In this document: in pieces, positions 24,298-32,000 of the stretch | Numbering within the stretch: the stretch's first letter is position 1 | Layout of the letters: the number at the start of each line of letters is the position of its first letter | Assembly: GCA_036501885.1 (NCBI GenBank) | Contig: DASXZM010000041.1 | Location: 34,905-66,904 of the forward strand | Origin: Kofleriaceae bacterium | Lineage (GTDB): Bacteria > Myxococcota_A > Polyangia > Haliangiales > Haliangiaceae | Direction: 5' to 3' | DNA: 32,000 bases | Notes under the pieces: model-generated | Told to the model about the DNA's origin: nothing | Seen by the model: only the letters and a program-made list of their open reading frames with translations | Database searches by the model: none | Position numbers and translations under genes: made by a program

Positions 24298-27200
24298 GCG
24301 CGCCCGACGAGCTCGTCGATGCCGAGGCGCGGCGCGCGATCCGCGAGGATCTCGACGCGACGCTCGTCGTCGAGGCCGCGGCCGGCACGGGCAAGACGAC
24401 CGAGATGATCCAGCGCGTGATCGCCGTGCTGCGCACCGGTGCGAGCACGCTCGAGCGCATCGTCGCCGTGACGTTCACCGAGAAAGCGGCCGGCGAGATG
24501 AAGCTCCGGCTGCGCACCGAGCTCGAGCGCGCGCGCCAGGGAGCGAGCGGTGTCGGGCGCGAGCGGCTCGAGGCCGCGCTCGGCGAGCTCGAGGTCGCGC
24601 GCATCGGCTCGATCCACTCGTTCTGCGCCGATCTGCTGCGCGAGCGGCCGATCGAGGCGCACGTCGATCCGCTGTTCGAGGTCGCCGCCGAAGAGTTCAG
24701 CGAGCAGCTGTTCTCGCGCGCGTTCGATGCGTGGTTTGCCGGCGCGCTCGCCGATCCGACGGAAGGCGTGCGCCGCATCTTGCGCCGCGACAAGCCGACC
24801 GAGCTGCTGCGCCGCGCGGGCTGGAGCCTCGTCGATCGCCGCGACTTCGACGGCGCATGGCGGCGCGATCCGTTTTCGCGCGACGCCGAGATCGACGCCG
24901 TGCTCGCCGAGCTGCGGCCGCTCGCGGCGCTCGCCGACCGCGCGCATCGCGCCGACGACAACCTCGCGAAGCTGTGCACCAAGCTCGATCGCTGGCTCGC
25001 CGAGCTCGATCGGCGCGAAGCGGTGCGCGCGCGCGATCACGACGGGCTCGAGGCCGAGCTCGCCCTGGTGCTGCGCTGGCGCGAATGGAAACCGGCCGGG
25101 CGCGGCGAGAATTTCGGCGAGGGCCTGCTGCGCGCCGACGTGATCGTCCAGCGCGACGCGGCGAAGGCGCGACTCGCGAGCTCTCGCGAGGCCGCCGACG
25201 CCGATCTCGCGGCGTGCCTGCGCGAAGAATTGCGGCCGCTCGTCGCCGGCTACGAGCAGCTCAAGGCGAAGTCGGGCCGGCTCGACTTCTTGGACCTGCT
25301 CGTGCGCACCCGCGACTTGCTCGAGCGAGATGCGCGCGTTCGCGCCGAGCTCGCCGCGCGCTTCACCCACTTCTTCGTCGACGAGTTCCAGGACACCGAT
25401 CCGCTGCAGGTCGAGATCCTGATGCTGTTGTGCGGCGATCCCATGGCGCCCGGCAAGCTGTTCGTCGTCGGCGATCCGAAGCAGGCGATCTATCGGTTCC
25501 GGCGCGCCGACATCGCGGTCTACGAGCAGGTCGTGCAACGCCTCCGAGCCGGCGGCGCGCGCCTGTTGCACCTGACGACGAGCTTTCGCGGCGTCGCATC
25601 GGTCCAGGCGGCGATCAACGCCGCGTTCGAGCCGATCATGCAAGGCGGCCATCAGGCGCGCTACGTGGCACTCGAGCGCCATCGCGGCGACCTCGATCAA
25701 CCATCGATCATCGCCCTGCCCGTGCCGAGGCCGTACGGCTGGCGCGACGTCGCGAACAGCGCGATCGAAGAATCGTATCCCGACGCGGTCGGCGCGTTCG
25801 TCGAGCATTTGCAGCGCAGCGGCTGGCGCGTCGGCGGTGGCGCAGTGATCGAGCCGCGCCACGTGTGCCTGATGTTTCGCCGCTTCCAGTCGTTCGGCAA
25901 AGACCTCACGCGGCCGTACGTGCGTGCGCTCGAGGCCCGCGGCATCCCGCACGTGCTCGTCGGCGGCCGATCGTTTCACGAGCGCGAGGAGATCGAGACC
26001 GCACGCAACGCGCTGCGCGCGATCGAGTGGCCCGACGACGAGCTCGCGGTCTACGCGACGCTGCGCGGCCCGTTGTTCGCGTTCGCCGACGAGGATCTGT
26101 TCGCGTTCAAGCACGAGCACGGCCGGCTGTCGCCGCTCGCGTGGCGCAAGCGCGACTCCAATCTCGAGATCGCCGGCGCGTTGCGCACGCTCGCCGAGCT
26201 GCACGTTCGCCGCAATCGCCGGCCGATCGCCGACTCGCTCGCGCGGCTGTTCGCGGAGACGCGCGCGCACGCCGGCATCGCGGTGTGGCCCGCCGGCGAG
26301 CAGGCGCTCGCCAATGTCTCGCGCGTGCTCGATCTCGCGCGGCGTTTCGAGTCCGGCGGCGCGTCGTCGTTTCGCGCGTTCGTCGATCGACTCGAGGACG
26401 ATGCCGAGCACGGCCGCCAGGCCGATGCGCCCGTCGTCGAGGAAGGCACCGATGGCGTGCGCATCATGACCGTCCACGCGGCAAAGGGCCTCGAGTTTCC
26501 CGTCGTGATCCTGTGCGATCCGACCGCACCGCTCGCACAGGAGCGACCGTCGCGCCTGATCGATACGGCGCGGCGCGTGTGGCTCGAGCCGCTCGCCGGT
26601 TGCGTCCCGAGCGAGCTCGCGGAGCGCGCCGATGAAGTCATCGAGCGCGATCGCGAAGAAGGCCAGCGCCTCGCGTACGTCGCGGCCACGCGCGCGCGCG
26701 ATCTGCTCGTCGTGCCCGTCGTCGGCGATGAAGAGCGTGATGGCTGGCTCGAAGCGCTCGCGCCCGTCGTGCATCCCGACGCGAAGACCAAGCGCACGCC
26801 CGCGCCGTTTGCGAACCGCCCGCCGTTCGGCGACGACAGCGTGGTCGCTCGCGCCAAGAACTGCGAGCGCATGCCGTACGACTCGGTCGCGCCGGGGCTG
26901 CACGTGCCGCGTGCCGGCGCGCATCGCGTCGTGTGGTGGGATCCGAACGTGCTCGTCCTCGAGCGCGAGCTCGGCGGCGGCGTGCGCCACCAGCAGATCC
27001 TCGCGGCCGACGACGACAACACGGTCGCGCCGGCGAGCGAAGCGGCGCACTCGCAGTGGCGCATGCGACGCGCGGCCGCGCTGACGACGGGCGGCCTGAA
27101 GAGCCTCGACGTGCGCAAGGTCACCGACGAGGCCAAGCGACTCGCGGCGATCGACGGCACGGTGGCGATCGAAGCGACTACGATCGCGCGGCATCATCGG

Positions 27201-27626
27201 CCGCACGGCGCGCGCTTCGGCAGCCTCGTGCACGCGGTGCTCGCCGCCGTCGATCTTCGCGCGCCACGCGTCCGCGCGATCGCCGAGAACCACGCGCGGC
27301 TCGTCGGTGCTTCGCCCGAGGAGCTCGCCGCCGCGATCGATGCGGTGGCTGCCGCGCTCGCGCACCCGGTGATGCAGCGCGCCGCGGCGGCGCGCGAGCT
27401 CCGCCGCGAAGTGCCCGTCGCGTTCACGACGAGCACCGGCGAGATGATCGAGGGTGTCGTCGATCTCGCGTTCGTCGAAAACGGCGCGTGGATCGTCATC
27501 GACTACAAGACCGACGCCGAGCTCGGCGCATCGCGCGCCGTCTATGAAGCGCAAGTGCGGCTGTACGCGCGCGCGATCGCGGCGGCGACGGGCATGCGCG
27601 CGGTGCCGAGCCTGCTGCTCGTTTGA
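24294..27626 (+). CDS. addA: AddA-type UvrD/Rep-family helicase-nuclease
   Basis: Walker A VEAAAGTGKTT, motif II FFVDEFQDTDPLQ, IMTVHAAKGLEFP, LAYVAATRARDLL, and C-terminal RecB-type nuclease EGVVDLAF...WIVIDYKTD. The track ORF 21534..27626 begins spuriously inside addB. Confidence 0.9.
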   Translation: MSAPDELVDAEARRAIREDLDATLVVEAAAGTGKTTEMIQRVIAVLRTGASTLERIVAVTFTEKAAGEMKLRLRTELERARQGASGVGRERLEAALGELEVARIGSIHSFCADLLRERPIEAHVDPLFEVAAEEFSEQLFSRAFDAWFAGALADPTEGVRRILRRDKPTELLRRAGWSLVDRRDFDGAWRRDPFSRDAEIDAVLAELRPLAALADRAHRADDNLAKLCTKLDRWLAELDRREAVRARDHDGLEAELALVLRWREWKPAGRGENFGEGLLRADVIVQRDAAKARLASSREAADADLAACLREELRPLVAGYEQLKAKSGRLDFLDLLVRTRDLLERDARVRAELAARFTHFFVDEFQDTDPLQVEILMLLCGDPMAPGKLFVVGDPKQAIYRFRRADIAVYEQVVQRLRAGGARLLHLTTSFRGVASVQAAINAAFEPIMQGGHQARYVALERHRGDLDQPSIIALPVPRPYGWRDVANSAIEESYPDAVGAFVEHLQRSGWRVGGGAVIEPRHVCLMFRRFQSFGKDLTRPYVRALEARGIPHVLVGGRSFHEREEIETARNALRAIEWPDDELAVYATLRGPLFAFADEDLFAFKHEHGRLSPLAWRKRDSNLEIAGALRTLAELHVRRNRRPIADSLARLFAETRAHAGIAVWPAGEQALANVSRVLDLARRFESGGASSFRAFVDRLEDDAEHGRQADAPVVEEGTDGVRIMTVHAAKGLEFPVVILCDPTAPLAQERPSRLIDTARRVWLEPLAGCVPSELAERADEVIERDREEGQRLAYVAATRARDLLVVPVVGDEERDGWLEALAPVVHPDAKTKRTPAPFANRPPFGDDSVVARAKNCERMPYDSVAPGLHVPRAGAHRVVWWDPNVLVLERELGGGVRHQQILAADDDNTVAPASEAAHSQWRMRRAAALTTGGLKSLDVRKVTDEAKRLAAIDGTVAIEATTIARHHRPHGARFGSLVHAVLAAVDLRAPRVRAIAENHARLVGASPEELAAAIDAVAAALAHPVMQRAAAARELRREVPVAFTTSTGEMIEGVVDLAFVENGAWIVIDYKTDAELGASRAVYEAQVRLYARAIAAATGMRAVPSLLLV

Positions 27627-27641
27627 CGTATAGTCGCGCGC

Positions 27642-28184
27642 ATGGGCGATCGGGGCGCGAGCTTCCACGCGCGCGGCAAAGTCACGAAGGCCATCATCCC
27701 GCTCGTCGTGGTCGTGGTTGCCGGCGGCGCGTTGTTCTGGCTGCACTCGCGCGACCGAGACGTTTCGGCCGAGCACGACGCACAACAGCAGGCGACCGCC
27801 GCGATGGCCGACGTCAATGCGACGCAGGCGACGATCGGCAGCCGCTTGAAGCAGGCGACGCTCGACGTCGCGACGACCGGGCTCTTCTCGGTCGCGAAGG
27901 CGGGCGATCTCATCAAGAACGAGCTGATGCCGATCATCGACGACTACCTCGGCAAGCTCGAGCGCGCGCTCGCGATGTCGCAGGCGTACCTCGCGTTTCA
28001 CCCGGAGCTCGACGACCAGGCGCGCACGGCGCTCGCGAGCATGGCGACGCGCGCGAAGCAGGTCCACATCGCGCGCGATCGCCTCGCCGATCTCGCGGAG
28101 CGCGCGTCGAAGGGCACGCTCTCCGTCGACGATCTCGGTGCGCAGCTCGCGAACGCCGCGAAGGCGCTGGTCACTCCACCGTGA
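27642..28184 (+). CDS. Hypothetical single-pass membrane protein
   Basis: One TM segment (AIIPLVVVVVAGGALFWL) followed by an Ala/Leu-rich helical region. High GC3. No family recognised. Confidence 0.6.
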   Translation: MGDRGASFHARGKVTKAIIPLVVVVVAGGALFWLHSRDRDVSAEHDAQQQATAAMADVNATQATIGSRLKQATLDVATTGLFSVAKAGDLIKNELMPIIDDYLGKLERALAMSQAYLAFHPELDDQARTALASMATRAKQVHIARDRLADLAERASKGTLSVDDLGAQLANAAKALVTPP

Positions 28185-29502
28185 CGATCGCGGGATCAGT
28201 CGGCGGCGGCGTATCGATCGAGACGGCACCGAGCTCGGCGTGCCACGTGCAGCCGGCGCAATCGACCGAGTAGCCGTTCGGATAGAGCCGCGGCGGGATC
28301 GCGATCTCGGTCGGCAGCGTCGAGCTGCGATCGGGCGCGTAGGTCAGCGTGAACGCCATCGAGCTCGCGTCGTACGCGTACGAGCTCGGCGTACCGGCCA
28401 CGAACGCGGGATACGGCCGCACGACCGCATCGACGATCTCCGGCACCTCTTGATCGTTCGCATCGGTGAGGCCGTAGCCGCCGTTGTCGTCGGCCCAGTA
28501 CGTGGTGCCGGCCGCGTACGCCGCGGCTGCGTCGTATTCGGCCGTCATGTAGTCGGCGATGCCGGGCTCGCTCGATTCGCCGCCGTACTCGCCGATCCAC
28601 AAGCCGGCGTGCATGGTGGTCGCTTCCTGTGCGAGCAGCGTGCCGTTCGCGAGGATCTGCTGCGTGTGGCTCGGATCGAAACCACTGCCGCTCTCGGCGC
28701 CGGAATCGTACGAGTGCGGCGCGTACATCGCGTTGTCGAACGGCAGCGACGTGATCTCGGATTCCAGCCCGATGTTCCGGCTCGCGCTCGGCTCGGCGAA
28801 GATGATCCATTGCGGCGCGATCGCGCGCACCGTCGTTGCGATGTCGGCGTACAGCGGCACGAGCCGATCGCGCTCGAAGTTGAAGACCGGATACGTGCCC
28901 CAGCTCGGCTCGTTGAGCGGATCGATGCCGATCACCGCGGGCGAATTCGCGAGCCGCTCGGCGACGTGCTGCCATGCGGCAATGAACTCGCCGCGCGTCG
29001 CGGTCGTGTAGAACTGATCGACGCACGCCTCGACCTGCGGCGACAGGCTGTTGATGTACCAGGGCTGCATGTTGACGAAGGCGGTGTAGTTCGTCGCGTC
29101 GCACGTCCACGCCGGCGCGCCGTCGTAGCCGAAGCCTTCGCCGTAGATGTCCTCGTGCATGTCGAGGATCACGGCGAGCCCGGCTTGGCGCGCCCACTCC
29201 ATGCGGTCGACGACTTGATCGAGGTACGCGTCGTCGTAGGTGCCCTGCGTCGGCTCGATCGCGGCCCACGTCATGATGAAGCGGATCGAATCGAAGCCCC
29301 AGCTGTCGTGAATGCGCGCGTAGTCGTCGAACGATTTGCCGTCGATGTACGGCGCGTTCTTCTGCGTGCCCGACAGATTCACGCCGCGCAGGATCGCGAC
29401 GCGGCCGTCGGGTGCGTGCAAGAAACCGTCGTCGACGCGCCAGCTCGAATCCGGCGGAGTCGTCGTGCACGCAGCGAGCAACAGCAGAGCGAGCCAGCGC
29501 AT
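28171..29502 (-). CDS. Glycoside hydrolase family 5 lipoprotein (endoglycosylceramidase-like subgroup by motif pattern)
   Basis: Lipobox LLLAAC. ILRGVNLSG...GFDSIRFIMTWAAIEPTQGTYDDAYLD...AVILDMHEDIYG. Acid/base IDPLNEPSWG. Nucleophile region LWIGEYGG. Confidence 0.82.
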   Translation of the reverse strand: MRWLALLLLAACTTTPPDSSWRVDDGFLHAPDGRVAILRGVNLSGTQKNAPYIDGKSFDDYARIHDSWGFDSIRFIMTWAAIEPTQGTYDDAYLDQVVDRMEWARQAGLAVILDMHEDIYGEGFGYDGAPAWTCDATNYTAFVNMQPWYINSLSPQVEACVDQFYTTATRGEFIAAWQHVAERLANSPAVIGIDPLNEPSWGTYPVFNFERDRLVPLYADIATTVRAIAPQWIIFAEPSASRNIGLESEITSLPFDNAMYAPHSYDSGAESGSGFDPSHTQQILANGTLLAQEATTMHAGLWIGEYGGESSEPGIADYMTAEYDAAAAYAAGTTYWADDNGGYGLTDANDQEVPEIVDAVVRPYPAFVAGTPSSYAYDASSMAFTLTYAPDRSSTLPTEIAIPPRLYPNGYSVDCAGCTWHAELGAVSIDTPPPTDPAIVTVE

Positions 29503-29625
29503 CGCGCGTCAGCCTAGCCGATCGCGTACGCTGGGTGCACGAAACCCTGGGTCACCATCGCGAGCGCACCCACCGCCGAGGGGCTGCTCGAGCTGCGCCG
29601 GCGCGGCGAGGCGGAATTTCTCATC

Positions 29626-30186
29626 GTGATCGCCGGCCGCGTGCTGATGAACAGCGCGTCGCAGCGCTCCGAGCAGGCGCTCGCGAAGCTGGCGCTAGCC
29701 GATCGCCCGGCGCGCCGCGTGCTCGTCGGCGGCTTGGGCATGGGCTTCACGCTGCGCGCCGCGCTCGACCAGCTGCCGAGCGACGCGCGCGTGATCGTCG
29801 GCGAGCTCGACCCGACGATCGTCGCGTGGTGCAAAGGGCCGCTCGCCGCCGCGACGAATCGCGCGATCGACGATCCGCGCGTCACGATCGAGCTCGGCGA
29901 CGTCGCCGGTTTGATCGCGCGCTCGCGCGACTTCGACGCGATCATCCTGGATCTCTACGAAGGCCCGTACGACGACGCCGGTTGCTTCGGCACGCGCGGC
30001 CTCGCCGACATCGCGCGCGCGCTCGCGCCGAATGGCGTGCTCGCCGTGTGGTCGGAAGATGCGGCGCCCGCGTTCGGCAAGCGCCTCGAGCACGCCGGCT
30101 TCACGTTCAAGAGTCATCGGATCGGCAGCAACCGGCGGCACGTCGTCTATTGCGCAGCAGCACGACCGCGACGTAGTTCTCGCTAG
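29626..30186 (+). CDS. Spermidine-synthase-like (class I methyltransferase fold) protein; the true N-terminus probably lies upstream
   Basis: RVLVGGLGMGFTLRAAL, ARVIVGELDPTIV and FDAIILDLYEGP fit the polyamine aminopropyltransferase-like fold. The first canonical start is GTG 29626, but the frame is open and coding-like from 29518. Confidence 0.68.
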   Translation: MIAGRVLMNSASQRSEQALAKLALADRPARRVLVGGLGMGFTLRAALDQLPSDARVIVGELDPTIVAWCKGPLAAATNRAIDDPRVTIELGDVAGLIARSRDFDAIILDLYEGPYDDAGCFGTRGLADIARALAPNGVLAVWSEDAAPAFGKRLEHAGFTFKSHRIGSNRRHVVYCAAARPRRSSR

Positions 30187-30251
30187 TTGCGAGATACTTC
30201 ATTGTTGCGTTGCACAAATCGAGGGGACGTCGCAAGCTGCTCTCGTCCACG

Positions 30252-31379
30252 ATGCTGTATCCCTTCCAACAGTTCGCCAGGCTCGGTTTCGACGCGATTT
30301 CGGCCTACAGCGAGGCGTTTTCGACCGCACCCGTGCCCTGGCTTCGCGCCAATGCCGCTTTGTTGCACCGCATCACGAAGCCCTACGACAAGCCTTCGTT
30401 CGGGCTCGACGGCGAACAGGTCGCGGCGAGCCACCCGTTCTGTCGCCTCTTGCATTTTCCAGGTCAAGGCCCGCGCGTGCTGGTGTGCGCGCCGCTGTCG
30501 GGCCACCACGCGACGCTCGTGCGCGACACGGTCGCGACGCTGCGCGCGCATCACGACGTCTACGTGACCGACTGGGTCGACGCGCGCGACGTCTCGCGCG
30601 ATGCGGGCACGTTCTCGCTCGACGAATACGTCGCGCTGCTCGCGAGCTTCATGCGCCGGCTCGATCGGCCGCACGTGGTCGCGGTGTGCCAGCCGACGGT
30701 GCCGGCGCTCGCGGCGACCGCGCTCATGGCGGCTCGCGGCGAGCCGGCGCCGCGCTCGCTCGTCTTGATGGGCGGCCCGATCGACGCGCGCAAGAACCCG
30801 ACGACGGTGTGCAGGCTCGCGACGGATCATTCGCTCGCGTGGTTCGAGCAGATGATGATCCACACGGTGCCGGCCGCGTTCGCCGGTGCGGGCCGCCGCG
30901 TGTATCCCGGCTTTTTGCAGCTCACCGCGTTCGTGATGATGCATCCCGATCGCCACGCGCAGGCGTACGCGGCGTACTGGATGAACCGGCTGCGCGGCGA
31001 CGACGCGGCGGCGCAGAGCCACGAGCGCTTCTACGACGAGTACAACGCCGTGCTCGACATGGACGCCGCGTACTACCTCGACACGGTGCGCACCGTGTTC
31101 CAGGAATTTTCACTCGCTCGCGGCACGTGGCGCGTGGCCGGCGAGCTCGTCGAGCCGTCGGCGATCACCGAGACGCCCGTGTTCGCGATCGAAGGCGAGC
31201 TCGACGACATCTCGGCGCCGGGCCAGACCGCGGCCGCGCTGTCGCTGTGCACGCGCGCGCCGCGCATGCGGCATCACCTCGCACCTGGCACCGGCCACTA
31301 CGGCTTGTTCTCGGGCAGCCGCTGGCGCGAATCGATCTACCCCGAGATCGCCAGCTTCATCGCGGAGGCACAAGCATGA
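30252..31379 (+). CDS. phaZ: Intracellular polyhydroxyalkanoate (PHB) depolymerase, PhaZ family
   Basis: Starts MLYPFQQF... like PhaZ homologues (MLY..YE). RLLHF...VLVCAPLSGHHATLVRDTV, VYVTDWVDAR, FSLDEYV, VAVCQPTVP, LVLMGGPIDAR, FYDEYNAVLDMDAAYYLDTV and EGELDDISAPGQT. Confidence 0.85.
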   Translation: MLYPFQQFARLGFDAISAYSEAFSTAPVPWLRANAALLHRITKPYDKPSFGLDGEQVAASHPFCRLLHFPGQGPRVLVCAPLSGHHATLVRDTVATLRAHHDVYVTDWVDARDVSRDAGTFSLDEYVALLASFMRRLDRPHVVAVCQPTVPALAATALMAARGEPAPRSLVLMGGPIDARKNPTTVCRLATDHSLAWFEQMMIHTVPAAFAGAGRRVYPGFLQLTAFVMMHPDRHAQAYAAYWMNRLRGDDAAAQSHERFYDEYNAVLDMDAAYYLDTVRTVFQEFSLARGTWRVAGELVEPSAITETPVFAIEGELDDISAPGQTAAALSLCTRAPRMRHHLAPGTGHYGLFSGSRWRESIYPEIASFIAEAQA

Positions 31380-32000
31380 GCCTGCAAGGTAAGACCGCGC
31401 TCGTCACCGGCTCGACGAGCGGCATCGGCCTGGGCATCGCGATCGCGCTCGCCGAGCAAGGCGCGTCGATCATCTTGAACGGCTTCGGCGACGTCGAGCC
31501 CGCGCGCACGCGGCTCGCGCGCACCGGCGTGCGAGTCGGCTATCACGGCGCGGATCTGTCGCGCGCCGATGACATCGCCGCGATGATGCGCTACGCGGAC
31601 TCCGAATTCGGCGGCGTCGATATCCTCGTCAACAACGCCGGCATCCAGCACGTCGCGTCGATCGATGCGTTTCCTGCCGAACGCTGGGACGCCGTGCTCG
31701 CGATCAACCTATCGGCCGCGTTTCACACCACGCGGCTCGCGCTCGGCCACATGCTCGCGACCGGCTGGGGCCGCATCGTCAACATCGCGTCGGTGCACGG
31801 CATGGTCGCATCGGTCGGCAAGGCCGCCTACGTCGCCGCGAAGCACGGCCTGCTCGGCCTCACGAAGGTCACCGCGCTCGAGACCGCGCGCACGAACGTC
31901 ACGTGCAACGCGATTTGTCCCGGTTGGGTGCAGACGCCGCTCGTCGAGAAGCAGGTCGGCGACCGCGCCGCGCGCGACGGCGTGACCGCGCAGGCCGCAC
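31376..32000 (+). CDS. bdhA: 3-hydroxybutyrate dehydrogenase (SDR), 5' part; continues past the window end
   Basis: Not in the track because it has no stop in the window. ATG 31376 overlaps the phaZ stop (ATGA). Translation MSLQGKTALVTGSTSGIGLGIAIALAEQGASIILNGFGD...VDILVNNAGIQHVASIDAFPAERWDAVLAINLSAAFHTT...RIVNIASVHGMVASVGKAAYVAAKHGLLGLTKVTALETA...NAICPGWVQTPLVEKQ closely matches remembered BdhA sequences. Confidence 0.9.
   Translation, partial: MSLQGKTALVTGSTSGIGLGIAIALAEQGASIILNGFGDVEPARTRLARTGVRVGYHGADLSRADDIAAMMRYADSEFGGVDILVNNAGIQHVASIDAFPAERWDAVLAINLSAAFHTTRLALGHMLATGWGRIVNIASVHGMVASVGKAAYVAAKHGLLGLTKVTALETARTNVTCNAICPGWVQTPLVEKQVGDRAARDGVTAQAA

Noticed and set aside
24201-28229. 1342-aa minus-strand ORF opposite addA
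   Set aside because: There are no motifs and it is Arg/Asp/Ala-rich. It is antisense to a helicase with all UvrD motifs.
30201-30216. GTTGCGTTGCAC direct-repeat-like element upstream of phaZ as a PhaR-type operator
   Set aside because: It is too short and does not match any operator consensus I can recall with confidence.
30210-30251. TTG start extending phaZ by 14 codons
   Set aside because: PhaZ-family proteins begin at the MLY... motif. The extension (HKSRGRRKLLSST) lies in an AT-richer, non-coding-looking stretch.
31665-31985. 106-aa plus-strand track ORF
   Set aside because: It is out of frame within the clearly homologous bdhA reading frame that starts at 31376.
1-32000. Search for mobile elements, defence systems, tRNA or rRNA genes, and large repeats
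   Set aside because: I saw no transposase, integrase or recombinase motifs, no tRNA- or rRNA-like segments, no long inverted or direct repeats and no toxin-antitoxin-sized pairs. The window looks like core chromosome rather than an island.

Overview
This is a very GC-rich, densely coded bacterial chromosome segment. G+C was not computed, but third codon positions are almost all G/C. Gene content looks Myxococcota-like (a delta-60-repeat lipoprotein and eukaryote-type sterol genes), though that placement is an inference.

I support about 25 genes, in this order:
- 5' end, minus strand: a partial YsnF/DUF2382-like gene.
- Plus strand: a lipoprotein locus with a penicillin-acylase-family Ntn hydrolase, a Pla-1/cef-like alpha/beta-hydrolase lipase, a FadL-type outer-membrane channel and a small lipoprotein.
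- Minus strand: a five-gene operon with 4-nt start/stop overlaps at every junction. It encodes a DUF4242-like protein, two divergent 3-hydroxyanthranilate-dioxygenase-like cupins, DUF3311 and an MctP-type solute symporter.
- Plus strand, divergent from that operon: a GAF-PAS hybrid histidine kinase.
- Minus strand: a sterol operon with squalene monooxygenase, an oxidosqualene cyclase, an unknown 203-aa protein and a DMT permease.
- Remaining genes: a delta-60-repeat propeller lipoprotein, AddB/AddA, a small membrane protein, a GH5 lipoprotein, a spermidine-synthase-like protein, and phaZ-bdhA for PHB mobilisation (bdhA runs off the 3' end and is missing from the ORF track).

The cyclase carries the cycloartenol-type Tyr/His/Ile residues and an N-terminal extension of about 150-215 aa.

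I saw no rRNA, tRNA, CRISPR array, transposase or integrase. The most novel-looking element is the coupled twin-cupin/transporter operon, followed by the extended sterol cyclase and its uncharacterised operon partners.

All start codons and alignments were worked out by eye. Family assignments rest on motifs I recognise from memory and need HMM or BLAST confirmation.
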